A stretch of DNA of 64,000 nt from Dehalococcoidia bacterium. Its GTDB lineage: Bacteria; Chloroflexota; Dehalococcoidia; Lucifugimonadales; UBA3495. The position numbers and the translations under genes were made by a program. Positions 27,290 through 36,715 of the stretch are shown piece after piece. Position 1 is the first letter of the stretch. Each line of letters opens with the position of its first letter. The notes below the pieces were generated by a model, which searched no databases, was not told where the DNA came from, and saw only the letters and a program-made list of their open reading frames with translations. The stretch is taken from NCBI GenBank assembly GCA_965208015.1, contig CBDBNT010000003.1:305832-369831 (forward strand), written 5' to 3'.

Positions 27290-28293
27290 GCAATCACTTC
27301 CTCACCGAACCTGCGAATAATATCCGCCGGGTCGTGGCTGATGGCCGTGATCTGCAAAACGTCGGCGCCGGACTCGGCGACCTCGACAACCTTGGCGCGG
27401 CATTCCTCGGGAGTGCCAACTACAGCGAACCGGTCGGCCAGGTAGTCAGTCACCCCGAGCTCATCCGACAACGCAGCGTTGCGCGTTGCGCCTACCTGCT
27501 CGTGTTCCGCCGGCACGTACTCCCCCTGGATGATCTGCATCGCTTCGTGAAGCTCGGGCGGGACGTGCTTCCCTTCCAGGGTGAAGCGGAAGGCGTGGTG
27601 CGCACTGGCGGACAGCGCCATTCGGATCTCGTCGATGGCGTCGCCGCTGTCGTCCGAGATGTTGCACTTTGCGAAGGCCCAGACCTCCGTGGACCCCGCC
27701 GGTTTGCCCGCGTCGGCCTCCCCTTCGCGGATGCGCGACACGGTGTCGGCCAGGATTTCGGGCGTGAGCCCAGTGTGGACCATGACCCGGTCGGCGATTT
27801 CTCCGGCCATGCGCAGGGTCCGCGGACCCTCGGCGGACATCATTATGGGGACGGGATCACTACTCCAGCGTACATGCCCCTCGCGACCCAGGTACTCCGC
27901 AGTTTCCCCGGCCAGGAAATCCCGGACCGCGGCGACGTAATCGCGCAACGCCCTCATACGTGCCGGCCGGAGCCCCAGGTTCAGGATCGCGCTGTCGCCG
28001 GTGCCTATGCCAAGAAACGCCCGTCCCTCCGACAATTCCTGTAGCGAGGCGATGGCCGAGGCGGTCACCGCCGGATGCCGCGTCAGCGGGTTGGTTACCG
28101 ACGGGCCGAGATGCACGCGTGAGGTCTCAGTAGCCGCAACGGCCAGCGAGACGAAAAGCTCGCGGAAGAGCGATTGCGAGTCCGCGACGCCGATGTAGTC
28201 AAACCCAACCGCCTCCGCGAGACGAACGTGGCGGCGAAAGGATTTGTAGGAACTGGGCAGGAGGGTCACGCCGTATTTCATGGTACGTTCCAA
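27280..28293 (-). CDS. LLM-class (luciferase-like) flavin/F420-dependent oxidoreductase
   Basis: 337 aa with a bacterial-luciferase-family pattern (DYIGVADSQSL..., LGIGTGD). Confidence 0.85.
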   Translation of the reverse strand: MERTMKYGVTLLPSSYKSFRRHVRLAEAVGFDYIGVADSQSLFRELFVSLAVAATETSRVHLGPSVTNPLTRHPAVTASAIASLQELSEGRAFLGIGTGDSAILNLGLRPARMRALRDYVAAVRDFLAGETAEYLGREGHVRWSSDPVPIMMSAEGPRTLRMAGEIADRVMVHTGLTPEILADTVSRIREGEADAGKPAGSTEVWAFAKCNISDDSGDAIDEIRMALSASAHHAFRFTLEGKHVPPELHEAMQIIQGEYVPAEHEQVGATRNAALSDELGVTDYLADRFAVVGTPEECRAKVVEVAESGADVLQITAISHDPADIIRRFGEEVIAKM

Positions 28294-28325
28294 CGTGGAT
28301 CGAGCTGTCTGTGATTCCGGGACGC

Positions 28326-28331
28326 TATACT
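28326..28331 (+). promoter_or_regulatory. -10 box TATACT for the Uma2 gene
   Basis: 44 nt upstream of ATG 28375. GGAGG SD follows. Confidence 0.35.
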
Positions 28332-28374
28332 ATACACGTCGCATGCTTTCTGACGGCGCGATGGAGGCCAGGCC

Positions 28375-28935
28375 ATGACTACCGCACGGAAACTGCTCAC
28401 CGCCGACGACCTGCTGGCGATGCCCCGGGACGGCTATCGCCACGAACTGGTACGGGGGGAACTGATAACAATGCCGCCGCCCGGAATCATGCACACCAGG
28501 ATCACTGGACGCTTTTGCCGTCGCATTGGCAATTTCATTGAGGAACACGACCTTCCTTATGTCGATGGCCCCGAGGCCGCCGCCTACACTGAGCAGAACC
28601 CCGATACGGTTCGCGCCGCCGATTACGCCATTTACCCCCTACACGATCTGTCTGGTCCTCTGCCAGATCGCGGCTACGTCCTCGGTCTGGTTCCCGTGCT
28701 GGCAGTGGAAGTAATTTCTCCGGGCTACCGTTCGGCCGCCGGCGTCGCCGAGCGGGTGCGGATGTGGCTGGGGGCCGGCCTACAGATGGTTGTGATCGCC
28801 CATATTGCCACCCGCGAAATTGTCACCCATGGCAGTGACGGCGCAGAGCATACATTCACCACCGGAGACACCTTCACCCTGGAGCCGATACTTCCCGGTT
28901 TCGCCTGCCCGGTGGACGATCTTTTCGCCGTCTAG
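28375..28935 (+). CDS. Uma2-family (DUF820) endonuclease-fold protein
   Basis: N-terminal LLTADDLLAMPRDGYRHELVRGELITMPPPG and PD-(D/E)xK-like core typical of Uma2. Confidence 0.8.
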   Translation: MTTARKLLTADDLLAMPRDGYRHELVRGELITMPPPGIMHTRITGRFCRRIGNFIEEHDLPYVDGPEAAAYTEQNPDTVRAADYAIYPLHDLSGPLPDRGYVLGLVPVLAVEVISPGYRSAAGVAERVRMWLGAGLQMVVIAHIATREIVTHGSDGAEHTFTTGDTFTLEPILPGFACPVDDLFAV

Positions 28936-28952
28936 CCCCGCCCGTCCAACCT

Positions 28953-28979
28953 GAATTCCGGCTTTCGCCGGAATGACGG
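28953..28979 (+). repeat. REP-like hairpin repeat (family GGATTCCnGCTTTCGCnGGAATGACG)
   Basis: GAATTCCGGCTTTCGCCGGAATGACGG, followed by a half copy CGGAATGACGG at 28985-28995. Intergenic. Confidence 0.8.
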
Positions 28980-29008
28980 GATCACGGAATGACGGAAAAC
29001 GCGGATAG

Positions 29009-30196
29009 TCAGCTGTAGCGCAGTCGGGGGCCCACGGTGGCCTGGTAGCCCTCAAAGTTGCGGCGGGTTTCGGAAATGCTGTCGCCACCGAACTTTTCCA
29101 TAAAGGCGTCGGCCAGAACCAGGGCGACCATCGCCTCTCCGATGACTCCGGCCGGTGGAGCCTGACACACGTCACTCCGCTCAAAGTGGGCCTGCACCGG
29201 TTCGCCGGTATCCAGGTCGACCGATGGCAGCGGGTTGTGCAGGGTGGCGATGGGCTTGATGACGAAACGGGCCACCAGGGGCGGGCCGCTGGTCATGCCG
29301 CCTTCGGTGCCGCCGGCGCGATTGGTCTTCCGCTGCCACGGGTTGTCCGGATCGGTTACAGGCTCGATCACGTCCTGGAACTCGGAGCCCCAGGCGTCCA
29401 TCAATTCCCAACCGGGTCCGATGCTGACGGCCTTGACCGCGTTGATGCTCATCAGTGCCTGGGCGATCTTGGCGTCGATCTTGCGGTCCCAGTGGACGTG
29501 GGAGCCGAGACCGATGGGCACGTTTTCCGCGATCACTTCCACCGTGCCGCCCACAGTGTCGCCAGCCTCCCGGGCTGCGTCCACCTCGGCCATCATCTTC
29601 TCCGCGGCGGCGTTGTCGGCGCAGTGTACCGGCGACTCTTCCACGGCCTCCCAGTCGATGGCGTCGTGTTCGGGAGGGTCGGCGTGGATGCGGCCGATGG
29701 AGATAACATGGCTGTGAAAATTGATGCCGAACTCCTCCAGCAAGCGCATGGCCACCGCTCCGGCGGCCACCCGTCCGGCGGTCTCCCGCGCGGAGGCACG
29801 CTCCAGCGAGTTGCGCACGTCGTGGAAGCCGTACTTCATCGCCCCCGGGAGATCCGCATGACCCGGGCGGATGCGAGTTACGCGACGGTTGCGGCCTTCC
29901 TGGGACGGGTTTTCGACGTACTCTACGGCCATGGCGTCCTGCCAGTTGACCCAGTCCCGGTTCTCCAGCAGCATCCCGATGGGGCTGCCCAGAGTGTAGC
30001 CGTGGCGCACGCCGGTCTGGATGTGGGCATGGTCGCGCTCAATCTGCTGCCGCCCGCCGCGTCCGTATCCCCGCTGGCGTCGGGCCAGGTGGTGCGCGAT
30101 GTACTCCTCATCCAGGGGCAAGTAGGCCGGCACGCCTTCGACGATGATCATCAGGCCCTGACCATGGGATTCGCCCGCTGTGAACCAACGTATCAT
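29009..30196 (-). CDS. aroC: Chorismate synthase
   Basis: MIRWFTAGESHGQG... Start ATG 30196 after AGGAGG. Track start 30241 would overlap aroE. Confidence 0.9.
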   Translation of the reverse strand: MIRWFTAGESHGQGLMIIVEGVPAYLPLDEEYIAHHLARRQRGYGRGGRQQIERDHAHIQTGVRHGYTLGSPIGMLLENRDWVNWQDAMAVEYVENPSQEGRNRRVTRIRPGHADLPGAMKYGFHDVRNSLERASARETAGRVAAGAVAMRLLEEFGINFHSHVISIGRIHADPPEHDAIDWEAVEESPVHCADNAAAEKMMAEVDAAREAGDTVGGTVEVIAENVPIGLGSHVHWDRKIDAKIAQALMSINAVKAVSIGPGWELMDAWGSEFQDVIEPVTDPDNPWQRKTNRAGGTEGGMTSGPPLVARFVIKPIATLHNPLPSVDLDTGEPVQAHFERSDVCQAPPAGVIGEAMVALVLADAFMEKFGGDSISETRRNFEGYQATVGPRLRYS

Positions 30197-30221
30197 CGAG
30201 TTTCGGCCTCCTGGAATGGGG

Positions 30222-31103
30222 TCATCGTGCTTCAGCTTCACGCTCGTGCATGGCGGACATGGCGGCGTCCATCATCACGGAAACGGGCGCGGGCCGTTCC
30301 AGCCACAACTCAAAGGATGCGGCGCCCTGGTATACCAGCATGGAAATACCGCCCAGGGTTAGGGCTCCTGCCGTCTGCGCCTCCCTGAGCAGCGGGGTCA
30401 GCATGGGATTATACACAAGGTCGTAGACCAGGGCCGAAGGAGGTATCTGCGACGCCGGCAGGGGTGAAGCATCCTCGTCGGGCCCATGGTGCATACCCAG
30501 CGAAGTGCAGTTGACGATCAGGTCGGCTCCCTCTGGCACGTTCCCGGTTTGCAGGGCATCCAGTCGAATCGGCCACGCGGGAACACCGCGATTGGCGGCC
30601 AGTTCAGCCAACGCTTCGGCGCGCTCCAGGGTCCGGTTCGCGATGACAAGTTCGGCGACGCCGGCCCGGAGCAGGGCCTGAACCACGCCCCTCGCTGATC
30701 CGCCGGCGCCCAGGATCAAGACTCGCTTGCCGGCGGGATCCAGTCCGCCCGACTCGCGGAGCGCACGAAGGAAGCCATAGCCGTCGGTGTTGTAGCCGAC
30801 GAGTCGGCCGGCGCGATTGACTATCGTATTCACGGCGCCCGCTTCCGCCGCCCACTCGTCAATCTCGTCGAGAAACGGCATCACCGCCTCTTTGTGCGGG
30901 ACGGTGACGTTGATGCCACGAACCGAGTCTGACCGCAGCGACGCCACAAAATCCCTCACCAGGTCGGGGTGCACATCGTAGGGGAGATACCGATGATCGA
31001 CGGCGAGACTATCCAGCCCGGCCTGCTGGAACCGGGGAGATATCGAGTGGCCGATGGGATGGCCGATGATGCCCAAGGCTGAGTCAATTACCATGACAAT
31101 CAA
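30222..31103 (-). CDS. aroE: Shikimate dehydrogenase
   Basis: GIIGHPIGHSISP, NVTVPHK, GAGGSARG motifs. Confidence 0.9.
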   Translation of the reverse strand: MIVMVIDSALGIIGHPIGHSISPRFQQAGLDSLAVDHRYLPYDVHPDLVRDFVASLRSDSVRGINVTVPHKEAVMPFLDEIDEWAAEAGAVNTIVNRAGRLVGYNTDGYGFLRALRESGGLDPAGKRVLILGAGGSARGVVQALLRAGVAELVIANRTLERAEALAELAANRGVPAWPIRLDALQTGNVPEGADLIVNCTSLGMHHGPDEDASPLPASQIPPSALVYDLVYNPMLTPLLREAQTAGALTLGGISMLVYQGAASFELWLERPAPVSVMMDAAMSAMHEREAEAR

Positions 31104-31140
31104 TGGGATGTGAATGGGGACGCGCCAGACGACATTCTAT

Positions 31141-31180
31141 CAGAGAGCAGAAAGCCCCGAGGCCAGAAAGACCTCGGGGC
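31141..31180 (-). terminator. Rho-independent terminator (minus strand)
   Basis: On the minus strand: GCCCCGAGG / CCTCGGGGC stem followed by TTTCTGCTCTCTG. Downstream of the lipoprotein gene stop. Confidence 0.55.
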
Positions 31181-31201
31181 GCCGTGTCCACCCATGTAGC
31201 G

Positions 31202-31855
31202 TCAGTTGACCCTTAGGTCCCTCCTGACCACGCAGCCGGGAGACGTCCTCGGAGTGTCCACTCCGGTGTCGTCAGCGCCGATAAAGATGTCGAAGAACTG
31301 ATCGAACTCGGTGATTGGGAGCCGATAGGTACCTTCCGCGTCTGACCTGGTATCCGCCACGACGCGATTGCTTCCGTCCTTGCTCATGGCCACAACCAGG
31401 GCATTTGCGACCGGGCCTCCACTGTCCCTGACCACGCCGGCGATCATGCACGGTATCCGGCTGGCGGGGTTGCTTACGGGTGTGGCAGTGGGAACCGGGG
31501 TGGGCACCGGGGTGCTGGTCGGTTCCGGTGTGTTGGTGGGCACGGGGGTCGGCGTCGGCGTTGGCTCGGGTGTGTTGGTGGGCATGGCGGCGCGGGTCGC
31601 TGCGATGCTGGCGTCGATGGTGGCCTGCAAATCAGGCGTTGGCTCCGGCGTAGGGGGCTCCGGGGTATCGGTGGGAGGTATGGGCGTTGCGGTGGGCACC
31701 GCAGCCTCAACCGCAGCTGCAATGGTGGCTGCCAGGTCGGGAGTGGAAGTGGGCTCCGGTTCTTCCCCACCACCAAAGAAGCAGCCGGTGGTGGCAGCGA
31801 GAACAAGTATGGCGATTAAACCTAAAATCGAAAATCGGGCGACGTTGCGCAACAT
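31202..31855 (-). CDS. Lipoprotein with Pro/Thr-rich linker and carboxypeptidase-regulatory-like C-terminal domain
   Basis: Signal peptide plus lipobox LAATTGC. About 100 aa of (T/E)P repeats. C-terminal G.V.D..G.P..A.V...D..G.Y pattern. Confidence 0.6.
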   Translation of the reverse strand: MLRNVARFSILGLIAILVLAATTGCFFGGGEEPEPTSTPDLAATIAAAVEAAVPTATPIPPTDTPEPPTPEPTPDLQATIDASIAATRAAMPTNTPEPTPTPTPVPTNTPEPTSTPVPTPVPTATPVSNPASRIPCMIAGVVRDSGGPVANALVVAMSKDGSNRVVADTRSDAEGTYRLPITEFDQFFDIFIGADDTGVDTPRTSPGCVVRRDLRVN

Positions 31856-31959
31856 CTAGAGACTCCTGCTCCGGGGCGATAGGGGTCGACAGGACATATT
31901 CTGGCAGCTTGGGGCTCCCGGCGCTCCAAGCGTCGCGTGCAGATTATGGCAATCTTGTG

Positions 31960-34677
31960 TCAGACCCCCAGCTGCGCGATTATGTCCTCGATGCGCTGGC
32001 GCTCCTCGGTCAGCGAGCGCAGGCGTTGGCGTTCATTCTCAACAACCTCAGCGCGAGCCTTGGAAACGAAGTTGGGATTTGCCAGCAGCTGTTCCTTGCG
32101 TGTTTCGTCCTGGCGCTTGGATTCCAGCTCCCGGTGCAAGCGGTCGGATTCCGCCCGCAGGTCCACCCCTTCGAGGGGCAAACGGACCACCAGCGGATTT
32201 ACCACCAGGCTGACGCCCGTGGTCGTGTCCGCATCGCCTGCGTCCAACAACCGCAACGGTTCCACTCGAGCCAGAGCGCAGATCACCTCCTGCTCTTCCT
32301 CTACGACGGCCCACATCCCGTTGGTTTCAATCGCGGCTTCCAATTTTTGTCCTGCCGGGATGCGCAGCTGGGCTCGCATGTTGCGCACCGCCCGCACGGT
32401 CTGCATTACGATGTCCACGTCCGCCTCGGCGTCCGGCGCCGAGCGCGGCGCGTCAACCTGGGGATACGGACACACCATGATGGACGCGGGGAGTTCAGCA
32501 TCCGGCGTGGGAACCCGCCCCGTGAGGTTCTGCCAGATCTCCTCAGTGACGAAGGGCATGAACGGGTGCAAGAGGCGGAGCAGGCGCTCCAGGACGTGAA
32601 CCAGGGTTGTCGCCGCCGCGGTCGCGTCGACCGAATCGGCAACCCGGAGCCGGACCTTGGCCATCTCGATATACCAGTCGCAGAAATCGTTCCACGCGAA
32701 GTCATAGATCTTCTGCTGGGCTTCTCCCAGTTCGAACGCGGTCAGCGCCTGGTTCACGGTGGCGGTGAGATCATCCAGGCGGCTGACTATCCAACGGTCC
32801 TCACGATGTGCCGGAGCGGGAAGTTGGTGCCAGTCGCCCAATTCGCCCTTTCCCGAAGCCGTCCTGGCCTCGATGACGCTGATCACGTAGCGCGCGGCGT
32901 TCCAGATCTTGTTGGCAAAATTGCGAGCCGATTCCAGTTTTTCGTCGCTGAGGCGGAGGTTGTTTCCGGGCGCGGTTCCGGTGGTCAACGCGAACCTCAG
33001 GGCGTCGGTCCCGTATTGTTCCAGCAGGTCCAGCGGGTCCAGGGTGTTGCCCCGGGTCTTGCTCATCTTCTGGCCCTCGGCGTCAAGAACCATGCCGTGC
33101 AGGTACACTGACCGGAACGGGACGTCGCCGGTGTTTTCGATGCCCAGCATGATCATGCGGGCGACCCAGAAGAACAGGATGTCGTAGCCCGTTTCCAGCA
33201 CCGAGTTGGGGTAGAAGTACTCAAGGTCTTCTGATCCCGCATCTGGCCATCCCAGGGTCGAGTGGGGCCATAGGCCGCTGCTGAACCAGGTATCCAGAAC
33301 GTCGCTTTCCTGTTCGATGTCCCCGCTGCCGCACCTGGGACACGCCGCCGGATCATCGACGTGAGCGGAGTGACCGCCGCATGCACCGCAGTACCAGACC
33401 GGGATGCGATGGCCCCACCAGAGTTGCCGACTGATGCACCAGTCCCGGATGTTCTCCAACCAGTTCAGATAGACGCGGGAGAACCGGTCCGGCACGATCT
33501 CGATATCCCGATTGACCACGGCGGCGTAGGCGTTGCCGGCGATGGTGCCCGGCTGGTCGTGCTTGCCCACGTTCAGGAACCATTGCAGACTGATGAGCGG
33601 TTCCACCACCTCGTTGCAGCGTTGGCAATGGCCCACCGAGTGATGGTAGTCCTCCACGCCTTCCAGCGCCCCGATGGCCTCAAGCTCGGCGACAACGGCG
33701 GCGCGAGCGGCGAAGCGCTCCATGCCGGCGTACTTGGCTCCGGCCTCGTCAGTCATGCAGCCGTCGAACCCGATGACGGTGACTATGGGCAGGTTATGTC
33801 GTTCTCCAATTTCGAAGTCAATGATGTCGTGGCCGGGGGTGACCTTCAGCGCGCCGGTTCCGAACTCCATCTCAATGGCCGTGTCGCCGACCACTGGTAT
33901 CTGGCGCCCCACGATGGGCAGCGTGACCATGCCGCCGATCCTGTCGGCGTAACGCTCGTCGTCGGGGTGAACGGCGACGCCGGTGTCGCCCAGCATGGAC
34001 TCGGGCCGGGTGGTAGCCACCGTCACACCGTCAGCGGGATTGTCCGCCGAGGGATAGCGGATGTGGTAAAGCTTGCCGTCCTGCTCCTCGTGATCGACTT
34101 CGAGATCGGACAGAGCGGTGGCGCAGCGGGGGCACCAGTTGATGATGCGTTCGTGGCGGTAGATCAGGCCCTTGTTGAACAGGTTCACAAATGTGGTGCG
34201 CACGGCGTGGACCGGGCCGGGATCCAGCGTGAACCGCAAGCGGGACCAGTCGCAGGAAGCTCCCAGGCGGCGGTGCTGCTCGTCAATGGTGTTCCCATAG
34301 AGGCGCACCCACTCCCAGACGCGCTCTTCGAACTTCTCCCGGCCCAGGTCGTGCCGAGTCGTGCCTTCCGCGGCCAGGGCGCGCTCCACCACCCATTGCG
34401 TGGCGATGCCGGCGTGATCTTTGCCAGGCAGCCAGAGAGTGGGATCGCCGCACATGCGGTGCCAGCGGGCCAGGGAGTCCTGCAGGCTGGCGGTCAGGGC
34501 ATGGCCCAGGTGCAACTCTCCCGTGACATTGGGCGGGGGCATTACCACACAGAAAGGTTGGCGGTCGGGATCGATGCGCGGTACGAAGTATCCGGCGTCC
34601 CACCAATTCTGATAGATGCGCTGTTCGACCGAGGCAGCATCATAGGCGCGGGGCATGGCGGAAGCAGAGGCAGTCAT
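31960..34677 (-). CDS. valS: Valine--tRNA ligase
   Basis: Class I HIGH (NVTGELHLGHA) and KMSKT motifs. The E. coli-like N-terminus aligns at MPRAYDAASVEQ (ATG 34656). ATG 34677 was chosen; track start is 34794. Confidence 0.9.
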   Translation of the reverse strand: MTASASAMPRAYDAASVEQRIYQNWWDAGYFVPRIDPDRQPFCVVMPPPNVTGELHLGHALTASLQDSLARWHRMCGDPTLWLPGKDHAGIATQWVVERALAAEGTTRHDLGREKFEERVWEWVRLYGNTIDEQHRRLGASCDWSRLRFTLDPGPVHAVRTTFVNLFNKGLIYRHERIINWCPRCATALSDLEVDHEEQDGKLYHIRYPSADNPADGVTVATTRPESMLGDTGVAVHPDDERYADRIGGMVTLPIVGRQIPVVGDTAIEMEFGTGALKVTPGHDIIDFEIGERHNLPIVTVIGFDGCMTDEAGAKYAGMERFAARAAVVAELEAIGALEGVEDYHHSVGHCQRCNEVVEPLISLQWFLNVGKHDQPGTIAGNAYAAVVNRDIEIVPDRFSRVYLNWLENIRDWCISRQLWWGHRIPVWYCGACGGHSAHVDDPAACPRCGSGDIEQESDVLDTWFSSGLWPHSTLGWPDAGSEDLEYFYPNSVLETGYDILFFWVARMIMLGIENTGDVPFRSVYLHGMVLDAEGQKMSKTRGNTLDPLDLLEQYGTDALRFALTTGTAPGNNLRLSDEKLESARNFANKIWNAARYVISVIEARTASGKGELGDWHQLPAPAHREDRWIVSRLDDLTATVNQALTAFELGEAQQKIYDFAWNDFCDWYIEMAKVRLRVADSVDATAAATTLVHVLERLLRLLHPFMPFVTEEIWQNLTGRVPTPDAELPASIMVCPYPQVDAPRSAPDAEADVDIVMQTVRAVRNMRAQLRIPAGQKLEAAIETNGMWAVVEEEQEVICALARVEPLRLLDAGDADTTTGVSLVVNPLVVRLPLEGVDLRAESDRLHRELESKRQDETRKEQLLANPNFVSKARAEVVENERQRLRSLTEERQRIEDIIAQLGV

Positions 34678-34903
34678 CGTACCGTCCCATAATTCAGCGC
34701 CAGCGAGGGCCGCTGGTCCGGCCCCATCCGGCGACACGTCGACCGTTGAAAAACTTTTGAAAAATGGTAGCACCGGCACTTCGGGATTGTCCATACGAAG
34801 ACCCCGCTCGAGACGATTCCTGAACTCTGACGTTCTGTCCCGAAAACCTGTAGATCAGAGAGCGGCTGTCTTCCTCAACTCGTCCGTTGGCTGCACTTTG
34901 CTC

Positions 34904-34909
34904 TATACT
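34904..34909 (+). promoter_or_regulatory. -10 box TATACT for the 2-TM protein gene
   Basis: 41 nt upstream of ATG 34950. AGGAGG SD at about 34929. Confidence 0.35.
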
Positions 34910-34949
34910 GATTGAGCAGCCTTCGGGCAGGAGGTGAGCTGCGGCGACG

Positions 34950-35585
34950 ATGACAGAGCAAACTCGTACCGCCGTTTGGGGAACACTGTGCGACTTGGAG
35001 TGGAACAAACGGTACTATGCGGCCATGGCGGATAAATACAAGCGCACCCACTTGTCAGTTCGATTCGCGATCTTATTCGGGATCGTCGCTGAAGGATTCA
35101 TCCTGTACTTCGTGCGAGAGTATGAGTGGCTTTTTCTAGCTGGGCTGGCCTTGGGGTTGCTTTTGGCCTTGGGCACCATTTGGGACGCCCTGTCTGACTA
35201 TGCGCAAAATGCTGCCAATTTGCAGAATGCCGAGTTCACGTGTGATTCATTGCTTCAGGAAGTTGAAGAATTATGGCGGGCGATAGAAACGGGGCGAATG
35301 GAATCTGATGATGCGGAGTCATCCTTGCAATCGATAAAACGTAGGTGGACGGCATCAACCGAACGCGCCAGGGTGAGGACAGACCAGCGAATTAACAACA
35401 AGGCGTATGATGACGCCAACGGATACGAAATCAGTATGCGGTTCACTAATTCGACCCCGAGGCAAGTTCTAGGCCCTGAACGACCACCGCGGCCGCAACC
35501 GCCTCCACCCAAACCAACGCCCCCGCCACGAGAGAGCGAACCGGACCGGCGTCCCGTGAACCAGCCCAAACCTGCCATACAGTAG
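34950..35585 (+). CDS. Hypothetical 2-TM protein with helical domain and Pro-rich tail (possible SLATT-like)
   Basis: 211 aa: N-terminal helix, two TM helices (FAILFGIVAEGFILYFV, LFLAGLALGLLLALGTIW), helical region, PPRPQPPPPKPTPPP tail. About 48 % G+C by hand count of one line. Confidence 0.5.
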   Translation: MTEQTRTAVWGTLCDLEWNKRYYAAMADKYKRTHLSVRFAILFGIVAEGFILYFVREYEWLFLAGLALGLLLALGTIWDALSDYAQNAANLQNAEFTCDSLLQEVEELWRAIETGRMESDDAESSLQSIKRRWTASTERARVRTDQRINNKAYDDANGYEISMRFTNSTPRQVLGPERPPRPQPPPPKPTPPPRESEPDRRPVNQPKPAIQ

Positions 35586-35683
35586 CTCCGGTGGTCAATA
35601 TCCACTGAACAGCGGCCTTGACGAGAGAGCCGTTACGGTGGATAGGCGCAGGCGATGTGGGCGCCTGTCCATAGATGGGCCGT

Positions 35684-36568
35684 TTAGCCGGCCCGCCGCA
35701 GCCTGGGGTCGAGGTAGTCCCGAAGCCAGTCGCCGAAGAAGTTGAACGCCATCACGACCACCGTGATCACCAGCCCGGGGAACAGTGCGATCCACCACGC
35801 CTGGGTCAGGAATTCGCGTCCTTCCGCAACCAGGATGCCCCACGCCGGATCGCCGGGGGCGAGGCCCAGTCCCAGGAAGCTGAGCGAGGCTTCCAGCAGG
35901 ATGACCTGGCCGACGCTGACGCTGGTCAGCACCATCAGGGTGTTGATGACGTTGGGGAACAGGTGACGCCAGACGATCATGCCGGGCGATACCCCGTAGA
36001 TCTGGGCCAGCACCACAAAGTCCCGATCACGTATGGCGAGAACTTCACCGCGAATCATGCGTGCAAATCGGGCCCATTGCGTCGCCGCGATGGCGATCAT
36101 CACGTTCCACACTCCGGTCCCCAGATAAGTGACGATCAGGAGCGCCACCAAGATTGATGGGAACCCTAATACCGCGTCGGTGATGCGCATCAGCACCGAG
36201 TCGGCCCACCGGCCGGAGTACCCGGACACCAGCCCCACTACCGTGCCGGCGAGAATGGCGACAACCATCGACGGCGCGGTCACCTGGAGCATCGTTCGGG
36301 CGCCGTAGATCAGGCGGCTGAGCATGTCCTTGCCCAGTCGGTCGGTGCCCAGGATGTGGTCGCTGCTGGCGAAGGGCGGCTGTAGCTTGTTGCGCACGTC
36401 GTTGGCGCGCGGGTCGTGAGGAGCAATCAGATTGGCGAATGCCGCGCAGAATACGATGATGAGCAGGATTGCGACGGGCACCCAGGGCAACCGCGCGTCC
36501 TTGATTCGCTGCCCCAGGGACACCGGGGCGCGTTCGTCCAGAACCAGCGTCGGATTTTCAGAAGCCAA
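35684..36568 (-). CDS. ABC transporter permease (peptide/nickel type, DppC/OppC-like)
   Basis: 294 aa with 6 TM. BPD_transp_1 EAA-like loop (EASLSFLGLG). Confidence 0.85.
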   Translation of the reverse strand: MASENPTLVLDERAPVSLGQRIKDARLPWVPVAILLIIVFCAAFANLIAPHDPRANDVRNKLQPPFASSDHILGTDRLGKDMLSRLIYGARTMLQVTAPSMVVAILAGTVVGLVSGYSGRWADSVLMRITDAVLGFPSILVALLIVTYLGTGVWNVMIAIAATQWARFARMIRGEVLAIRDRDFVVLAQIYGVSPGMIVWRHLFPNVINTLMVLTSVSVGQVILLEASLSFLGLGLAPGDPAWGILVAEGREFLTQAWWIALFPGLVITVVVMAFNFFGDWLRDYLDPRLRRAG

Positions 36569-36610
36569 AACAGCGCTCCTGCTTGCATTGCGTCATTCCG
36601 GCATTACTTT

Positions 36611-36638
36611 GCGTCATTCCGGCGAAAGCCGGAATCCA
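36611..36638 (-). repeat. REP-like hairpin repeat (inverted orientation)
   Basis: GCGTCATTCCGGCGAAAGCCGGAATCCA. A half copy GCGTCATTCCGGC lies at 36590-36602. Confidence 0.8.
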
Positions 36639-36670
36639 TATTCCTAGTGAAACAGTCATGCCGCCCCCTC

Positions 36671-36697
36671 TGGATTCCCGCTTTCGCGGGAATGACG
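36671..36697 (+). repeat. REP-like hairpin repeat
   Basis: TGGATTCCCGCTTTCGCGGGAATGACG. Forms an inverted pair with the 36611-36638 copy, between the two permease genes. Confidence 0.8.
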
Positions 36698-36715
36698 TTT
36701 TGAAGTTCTCGTCAG

